NCBI GenBank assembly: GCA_965279525.1
Contig: CBDIIB010000003.1
Location: 64,001-128,000 of the forward strand
Length of the DNA: 64,000 nt
Origin: Tagaea sp.
GTDB lineage: Bacteria; Pseudomonadota; Alphaproteobacteria; CACIAM-22H2
Reading direction: 5' to 3'
Part shown: positions 58,485 through 64,000 of the stretch, piece by piece
Position numbering within the stretch: the first letter of the stretch is position 1
Layout: each line of letters starts with the position of its first letter
Made by a program: the position numbers and the translations under genes
Notes under the pieces: generated by a model
What the model was told of the DNA's origin: nothing
Seen by the model: only the letters and a program-made list of their open reading frames with translations
Database searches by the model: none

Positions 58485-59891
58485 CTAGTCCAACGGCGGG
58501 CGTTGCTTGTACAGGGCGGTTTCATTCTCGAAGACAGAGGCGGCCAGAAGCACGCTCGCTTCGTCCCAATATCGCCCCACAAGCTGCAGTGAAAGCGGCA
58601 AGGCATTGGCCGAAAGGCCGGACATCATGGCCAGAGCCGGGTGACCGGTCACGTTGAACGGGGTCCTTGCCTGACGGGGATACGTCCTCGCAACCGCTTC
58701 CGCATCGTCGATCCGACACGGCGGATCCATCGCGCTCGCGCATAAAAGCAAGTCGACATCCCGAAATACTGCCTCTATTGCAGAGATCATGCGGCCGCGG
58801 CGGCGCTGCGCCTGGACATAGTCTTCGGCGCTCAGGAATGCCCCTGCCAGCAGGCGCTGACGCGTTAGCTTCGCGTAATCTTGGGGCCGCGTCCGTAGCC
58901 ATCGGGAATGCACCGCCCAAGCTTCAGCCTGGAGGATGATCCGATTCACGGCCGAAAATTCATCGAGTGGCGGGAGGGTAACCGTGACCAACTCCGCGCC
59001 GGCTCCGGTGAAGACACGCGCGGCCATTTCCAGCGCCGCCGCCACTTCCGGATCTGCCGGCATATCCCGCTCATGGAAGTGACGGACAAATCCGATGCGC
59101 TTTCCATGAAGCCCGGAGGCCGCCGGCTTCAAACTGTCCGCCAAGCGATCGTCACTGCGTGACCGGCCAGCGGCGGCCAGGGAGTCATGATCCTCCATGG
59201 CCTGAAGGAGAAGTCCGGCGTCGGCAACGCGCCTTGCCATCGGGCCGACATGATCCATCGTGAATGAAAGCGGAAACACACCTTTGCGCGAAATTCGGCC
59301 ATATGTCGGCTTCAGTCCGACAATGCCGCAGGCGCTGGCCGGGTTACGAACCGAGCCAGCCGTATCCGTGCCGAGCGCGCCGGGAAACAGGCCGGCCGCG
59401 AGACCCACGCCCGATCCCGACGACGAGCCGCCGGTGCTATGATCGAGATGCCACGGGTTTCGTGCCGGTGGAAACGGCAGATCGAAGCTGGGCCCTCCCA
59501 ATGCGAACTCATAGGTCGCAACCTTCCCCAGAATGACAGCTCCCGCGTGCCGCAGTTGAGCAATCGAAGTCGCATCGGAGTCAGGGACATTGCCTGCAAG
59601 TATTTTCGACTGACAAGTGGTCGGAAGCCCACCGACGTCGATCACATCCTTGATTGCGATCGGAATCCCGTGGAGCGGTCCGAGCGACTTCCCTGACATG
59701 ATCTCCTGCTCGGCCTGCCGCGCGCGGCTGCGGGCAAAGTCGGGATCGAGCGTCACGAAGACATTCAGCTTCCCGTCGAGGCTGCCAATGCGCTTGAGCA
59801 GCGAGTCGACGATCTCGACCGGCGAAACCCTGCGAGCTTTAATCGCCTCGCCAAGTTCCGCTATACCGAGCCAATGCAACTCGTCATTCAC
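58485..59891 (-). CDS. Amidase-signature enzyme (AtzE/GatA-like)
   Basis: GIPIAIKD, GGSSSGS, GTDTAGSVRNPA, GLKPTYG. Confidence 0.92.
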   Translation of the reverse strand: MNDELHWLGIAELGEAIKARRVSPVEIVDSLLKRIGSLDGKLNVFVTLDPDFARSRARQAEQEIMSGKSLGPLHGIPIAIKDVIDVGGLPTTCQSKILAGNVPDSDATSIAQLRHAGAVILGKVATYEFALGGPSFDLPFPPARNPWHLDHSTGGSSSGSGVGLAAGLFPGALGTDTAGSVRNPASACGIVGLKPTYGRISRKGVFPLSFTMDHVGPMARRVADAGLLLQAMEDHDSLAAAGRSRSDDRLADSLKPAASGLHGKRIGFVRHFHERDMPADPEVAAALEMAARVFTGAGAELVTVTLPPLDEFSAVNRIILQAEAWAVHSRWLRTRPQDYAKLTRQRLLAGAFLSAEDYVQAQRRRGRMISAIEAVFRDVDLLLCASAMDPPCRIDDAEAVARTYPRQARTPFNVTGHPALAMMSGLSANALPLSLQLVGRYWDEASVLLAASVFENETALYKQRPPLD

Positions 59892-60066
59892 CGCTCGGGA
59901 CCCTCATGGGCGGCCAAGGCTCCTCCGTCCACGCAACTTCGTCACGAAGTGCCTGGCGCTGCTTCTCGACCTGCTTTACCGCTACGCGAATGTCGTCAGG
60001 GAACAAATCGAAAGCCAGCCCCAAACCGGCGGCTTCGGCGATCTGGCGGAGCATCTGATCGTTCAC
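59884..60066 (-). CDS. Small acidic protein, possible AtzG/GatC-like amidase partner
   Basis: About 60 aa (..IAEAAGL....FPDDI.....EEPWPPMR), stop overlaps amidase start; start uncertain. Confidence 0.55.
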   Translation of the reverse strand: MNDQMLRQIAEAAGLGLAFDLFPDDIRVAVKQVEKQRQALRDEVAWTEEPWPPMRVPSGE

Positions 60067-60082
60067 TTCCGATACCCCGCGC

Positions 60083-60571
60083 TCATGCACCGCCGCGCAT
60101 CGATTTGGCCGCATCGAGCGCCGCGTCGACAATACCTTGGTACCCCGTGCAACGGCAGAGATTGCCGGAAATCGCGACGCGGACTTCAGCCTCGGTCGGA
60201 TCAGGATTGTCCTGAAGAAATTCGAGCAGGGTCGTCAACATGCCAGGTGTGCAGAACCCGCACTGCAGCCCGTGATGCTTCCGGAAGGCTTCCTGCAAGG
60301 GATGCAGGTCCATCTCATTCGGCGCAATTCCTTCGACGGTCCGAATTTCGTGTCCGTCGGCCTGAACGGCCAGCATCAGGCAGGATCTGGCCGAGCGATC
60401 GTCAAACAGCACCGTGCATGCGCCGCAGACGCCGTGCTCGCAACCAAGGTGTGTGCCCGTGAGCATGAGCTGATGCCGCAGGAAGTCCGCGAGGGTCAGG
60501 CGCGTGTCCACGCTTACTTCGTGGCGGACGCCGTTCACCGTGACGACGATGTTGCGGGTATCCATGCTCAT
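60083..60571 (-). CDS. Mo-hydroxylase 2Fe-2S subunit (CoxS-like)
   Basis: GCEHGVCGAC, QCGFCTPG, GNLCRCTGY. Confidence 0.93.
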   Translation of the reverse strand: MSMDTRNIVVTVNGVRHEVSVDTRLTLADFLRHQLMLTGTHLGCEHGVCGACTVLFDDRSARSCLMLAVQADGHEIRTVEGIAPNEMDLHPLQEAFRKHHGLQCGFCTPGMLTTLLEFLQDNPDPTEAEVRVAISGNLCRCTGYQGIVDAALDAAKSMRGGA

Positions 60572-61443
60572 CGCCCTCCACGGGATTGCAATCTGCTCGA
60601 AGCCTTGGCGAGTGCCCGCCGCGCGAGCGTTTCGGCCAAATGCAGTCGATAAGGGGCAGGTGCGTGGATGTCATCCAACGCTTCGATCGACTTGCAGGCG
60701 CGTGCCGCCTCCTGGAAGACGGCTTCGGTCGGAGGATTGCCAAGCAGGCACTTCTCGGCATCCGGCACCCTGGCTGCAACGGCCGCGACACCACCGACAA
60801 CAAGGCCCGCTCGGTTGATCATGCCGTTTGCATCGACGGTCAGGAGGGCACCTGCCGATGCAATGGCAAAATCGCCGTGCCGGCGCGCGAACTCGAGGAA
60901 TCCGTATCCGTGCCCAACAGGCCAGGGCAGGATCTTTATCGTCGTCAGAATTTCGTCGACTTCCAGCGCAGGCGTCATGAAACCAAGCGCAAAGTCTTGA
61001 AACGTCAGCTCACGGGTACCGCGCCCGCCGGCGATCGTCAGTGTCGCATCGTGAAGTGCCGCCATCGCCGCAAGCTCGGCCGACGGATCGAGATGGCACA
61101 GCGACCCGCCGATGGTACCGCGATTGCGTGTCTGCCGATGGCCGACGTGAAGGATGGCCTCATGCAGAATGGGACAAACTCTGCGAACGATCTCGGAAAA
61201 CTCCAGATCACGCTGACGGGTCATGGCCCCGATGACCAGCGCACCGTTCTCTTCGCGGATGTATGAAAGATCCGAAATGCGATTGATGTCGACGACGTGA
61301 TCCGGCTGCGCATATCGCATGTTCAGCATTGCCATCAGCGACTGGCCGCCTGCGAGAACTTTCGCATTTTCCAGATTGCCAAGAAGCTGGATTGCTTCGG
61401 CTACAGTCGCCGGATCGTAATATTGAAATGGTGCTGCTTTCAT
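60568..61443 (-). CDS. Mo-hydroxylase FAD subunit (CoxM-like)
   Basis: MKAAPFQY, LAGGQSL, RNRGTIGGS, RRHGDFA. Confidence 0.93.
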   Translation of the reverse strand: MKAAPFQYYDPATVAEAIQLLGNLENAKVLAGGQSLMAMLNMRYAQPDHVVDINRISDLSYIREENGALVIGAMTRQRDLEFSEIVRRVCPILHEAILHVGHRQTRNRGTIGGSLCHLDPSAELAAMAALHDATLTIAGGRGTRELTFQDFALGFMTPALEVDEILTTIKILPWPVGHGYGFLEFARRHGDFAIASAGALLTVDANGMINRAGLVVGGVAAVAARVPDAEKCLLGNPPTEAVFQEAARACKSIEALDDIHAPAPYRLHLAETLARRALAKASSRLQSRGGR

Positions 61444-63794
61444 GACTGGCTGCCAATCGGGCTGTTGCGTCCGTTCGTCAGGATGGCCTTCAGTTTCGCA
61501 GGCGTGATCGGCAGGGACGTGATCGCTCCCGGCATTCCGATGGCGTCGTCGACTGCTGACGCTATTGCTGCGCCAACACCTGTGCAACCGCCTTCTCCAG
61601 CGCCCTTGATGCCGAGCGGATTGAGGGGGCTAGGCGCGTCTTCGGCGATAAGGACTTCGACGTCCGGTACTTCATGCACGGTTGGGATCAGGTACTCGGC
61701 GAAGTTCAGCGAAAGAGGTTGGCCCGTGTCGCTATAGCGGAATTGCTCGTAGAGAGCGCCGCCAAGCCCCTGTGCGACTCCACCGACGATCTGGCCCTCG
61801 ACGATCATCGGATTGACCGCGCGTCCGACATCGCTTGCCACCATGTATCGCTCGACGAAGACCTGACCAGTCGCGGCGTCGACCCGCACTAGTGCCAAGT
61901 GGATACCGTAGGGATACGTCATGTGATCGGCATAGAACCATCCTTCACACGAAAGACCGTTCGTACCCCGAGCGATAGCGTCCGGGCCCGGCGACAATTG
62001 CCGCGAAAGTTGCCCGAGTGAAAGAGTCGGCCCGCTCACGCTGTCTTTCCGGACGACATTGCCGTCGACAATGTCCAGCGAGTCGACTGGTGCCTGCATC
62101 AGCTCGGATGCGTGCTTGAGCGCAAGGTCACGGACATTCAACGCGGCAGCATGCACTGCATTGCCGGTCATCACCGTAGCACGAGAAGCATGCGCGCCGA
62201 TCCCAAACCGAATCCTGTCTGTTTGCCCATGGACGACGCGAATGCGGCGATAGTCGACACCCAGCGCTTCGGCGCAGATCTGCGCCATGGCCGTTTCGAA
62301 GCCCTGCCCGACAGAAGCACCGCCGGTAACCACTTCCACGAAGCCCATTACATCGACGCTGACTGTCGCGCTGTCGGACGGTCCCATGCCGCTCTTCTCG
62401 AGGAAGATCGCAACGCCGGCACCGACCGACTCTCCGCGCGCACGCCGTTCGGCAAGAGATTTTTGCACGTCGTCCCAGCCAAATCGCTCGAGAGAGGTCT
62501 TCAGCAGGCCAGCATAATCACCGGAGTCGAGCACGATGTCGGTGCCCAGTGCACCAAGTTGCCGCGTGTACGGCATCGCCGAGCTCGGTATCAGGTTGCG
62601 CCTGCGAACCTCTATCCGATCGAGACCGAGCTTTGCAGCAATGGCGTCGACAAGACGTTCCCGGACGAACGAACCTTCGTAGCGGCCCGGCGAGCGATAG
62701 GTTGCCGCCGGGGTCTTGTTCGTCAGGCGGAAATGACCGGCGCATTGATACACGGGCACATGATAAGGCCCCGGAAGCATGCCGATCGTCAGATCGGCGA
62801 CACGCGCGCCATGGGTTCGCACGTACGCGCCTTGATCGTGAAAGAACACGTCGTTCAGGGCGAGAATGCGTCCCTCGGAGTCGACTGCCGCACGAACCCG
62901 ATGGTGCTGCTCGCGCGACTGGTTCGTCGCCATGAGGTGCTCTCGGCGATCTTCGATCCACTTGACTGGTTGCCCGAGCGCCAGGCTCGCCGCGCAAACA
63001 AGGAAGTCCTCCGGGTACAGCTCGCCTCGAACGCCAAAGCCGCCGCCGACATGCAATTCGTAGAGTTGCACCGATGCCGAGCTACGTTGGAAGTAGCGCG
63101 CCATCGTTTCGCGGTTGCGAAGCGGTACCTTGGCGGCGCCCCACAGTTCGAGCACGTCTTGGGCCGCATCGTATCTTCCGATGGCTCCGCGACATTCCAT
63201 CGGCACACCGGAGTGCCGTCCGATCGATAGCTCCAGTTCCACGACACAGTGGGCATTTGAGAATGCATTTGCTATGTCGCCAAATCCTTGGCGCAGCACG
63301 ATCGGCTCTGTCGAAATGCCAGGAGCGAAGCTGCCACTTTCAGACCGGGCGTCCATATGCGGCGGAAGATCTTCGATCTCTGCCACAACCAGGTCGGCAG
63401 CGTCCTCTGCCTGATATGCAGTCTCGGCGAATATCGCTGCGATCGGCTCGCCGACATAGCGTACCCGATCTTTGGCAAGCAGTGGCTGACGGTAGGGCTT
63501 CAGGGCCTCCGCCGCCGGGTCACGGAAATCGATCAGCGGGTATGAAGCGATATCCGAATGCGTCCATACTGCGACCACACCCGGTGCCTTAAGCGCCTCG
63601 TCGATGTCGATCTGGGTGATCGTGCCATGCGCAATAGGCGACCGGACCACGCGCATGTGAAGTTGATGTGGAAACGAAAGGTCGGCAACAAAGCGCCCTT
63701 GACCTTTTACAAGCGGAAGGTCCTCAAGCCGAGTTACCCGCTTGCCGAAGACTTTCGTCTCATTTCGTTGAATGGGAGCGGTGTGGCCGGTCAT
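61440..63794 (-). CDS. Mo-hydroxylase molybdopterin subunit (xanthine dehydrogenase/CoxL family)
   Basis: VRSPIAHG, VGGGFG.RG..YPE, YRSPG, GQGFET..AQ, NPMIVEGQ..GG..QG, KGAGE. Confidence 0.92.
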   Translation of the reverse strand: MTGHTAPIQRNETKVFGKRVTRLEDLPLVKGQGRFVADLSFPHQLHMRVVRSPIAHGTITQIDIDEALKAPGVVAVWTHSDIASYPLIDFRDPAAEALKPYRQPLLAKDRVRYVGEPIAAIFAETAYQAEDAADLVVAEIEDLPPHMDARSESGSFAPGISTEPIVLRQGFGDIANAFSNAHCVVELELSIGRHSGVPMECRGAIGRYDAAQDVLELWGAAKVPLRNRETMARYFQRSSASVQLYELHVGGGFGVRGELYPEDFLVCAASLALGQPVKWIEDRREHLMATNQSREQHHRVRAAVDSEGRILALNDVFFHDQGAYVRTHGARVADLTIGMLPGPYHVPVYQCAGHFRLTNKTPAATYRSPGRYEGSFVRERLVDAIAAKLGLDRIEVRRRNLIPSSAMPYTRQLGALGTDIVLDSGDYAGLLKTSLERFGWDDVQKSLAERRARGESVGAGVAIFLEKSGMGPSDSATVSVDVMGFVEVVTGGASVGQGFETAMAQICAEALGVDYRRIRVVHGQTDRIRFGIGAHASRATVMTGNAVHAAALNVRDLALKHASELMQAPVDSLDIVDGNVVRKDSVSGPTLSLGQLSRQLSPGPDAIARGTNGLSCEGWFYADHMTYPYGIHLALVRVDAATGQVFVERYMVASDVGRAVNPMIVEGQIVGGVAQGLGGALYEQFRYSDTGQPLSLNFAEYLIPTVHEVPDVEVLIAEDAPSPLNPLGIKGAGEGGCTGVGAAIASAVDDAIGMPGAITSLPITPAKLKAILTNGRNSPIGSQS

Positions 63795-64000
63795 TTGCGC
63801 GCTCCGGCCCGCATTTCTTCGGCCGCAGCTTTGACGGCAGCCAGGATGTTCTTGTATCCCGTGCAGCGGCAAAGGTTCGACGACAGGAAATCAGCCAATT
63901 CTTCATCGCTCGGATCCGGGTTTTTCCCGAGCTCCGCAGCAGCAAGCATCAGGAAGCCGGGCGTGCAGAATCCGCATTGAAGGGCATGATGCTCGATGAA
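63791..64000 (-). CDS. Second 2Fe-2S (CoxS-like) domain, 5' end outside window
   Basis: Manual translation HALQCGFCTPGF...SNLCRCTGY...K*; ATGA overlap with large subunit; absent from ORF track. Confidence 0.88.
   Translation of the reverse strand, partial: FIEHHALQCGFCTPGFLMLAAAELGKNPDPSDEELADFLSSNLCRCTGYKNILAAVKAAAEEMRAGARK

Larger units (their letters stand above)
25878..64000. mobile_element. tRNA-Pro-integrated genomic island, probable integrative mobilizable element; right end not located
   Basis: Integrase and excisionase-like gene next to tRNA 3' end, relaxase, visible drop in GC3, accessory cargo; no tRNA-Pro repeat found by eye. Confidence 0.8.

Noticed and set aside
1-64000. CRISPR array, rRNA, IS transposase, reverse transcriptase, phage structural genes
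   Set aside because: No regularly spaced repeats or such motifs seen by eye

Overview
GC-rich alphaproteobacterial chromosome in two parts. Bases 1-25.8 kb look like core genome: phnY (5' truncated), Pho-boxed phoX coupled to mscL, a nucleoside ABC/PNP/deoCAB operon (deoB frameshifted), a PLP aldolase/racemase, LysR-DUF2917-DMT, a Vgb-like/cytochrome c pair, a GT4-GH130 pair, a palindromic intergenic repeat, and the S49-trmN6-DUF2007-ispB block ending at tRNA-Pro(CGG). From 25.88 kb to the window end is a visibly lower-GC genomic island inserted at that tRNA. It carries a tyrosine integrase, an excisionase-like HTH and a MobA/MobL-like relaxase but no T4SS in the window, so it is probably an integrative mobilizable element. 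Its cargo is catabolic: peptide-type ABC importer, ALDH, hydrolase, flavin monooxygenase, FAD dehydrogenase, fahA, tcuAB, deacetylase, 2OG oxygenase, amidase with a small partner, and a Mo-hydroxylase. The best candidate for an undescribed system is a coupled three-gene operon at 50065-52087: a membrane-anchored NERD nuclease with a predicted extracytoplasmic Cys-pair domain, an RHH-like protein and an orphan protein. It sits opposite an XRE gene with a perfect 18-bp palindrome and next to a tRNA-3'-like att candidate. All product calls come from motifs read by eye; no searches were run.
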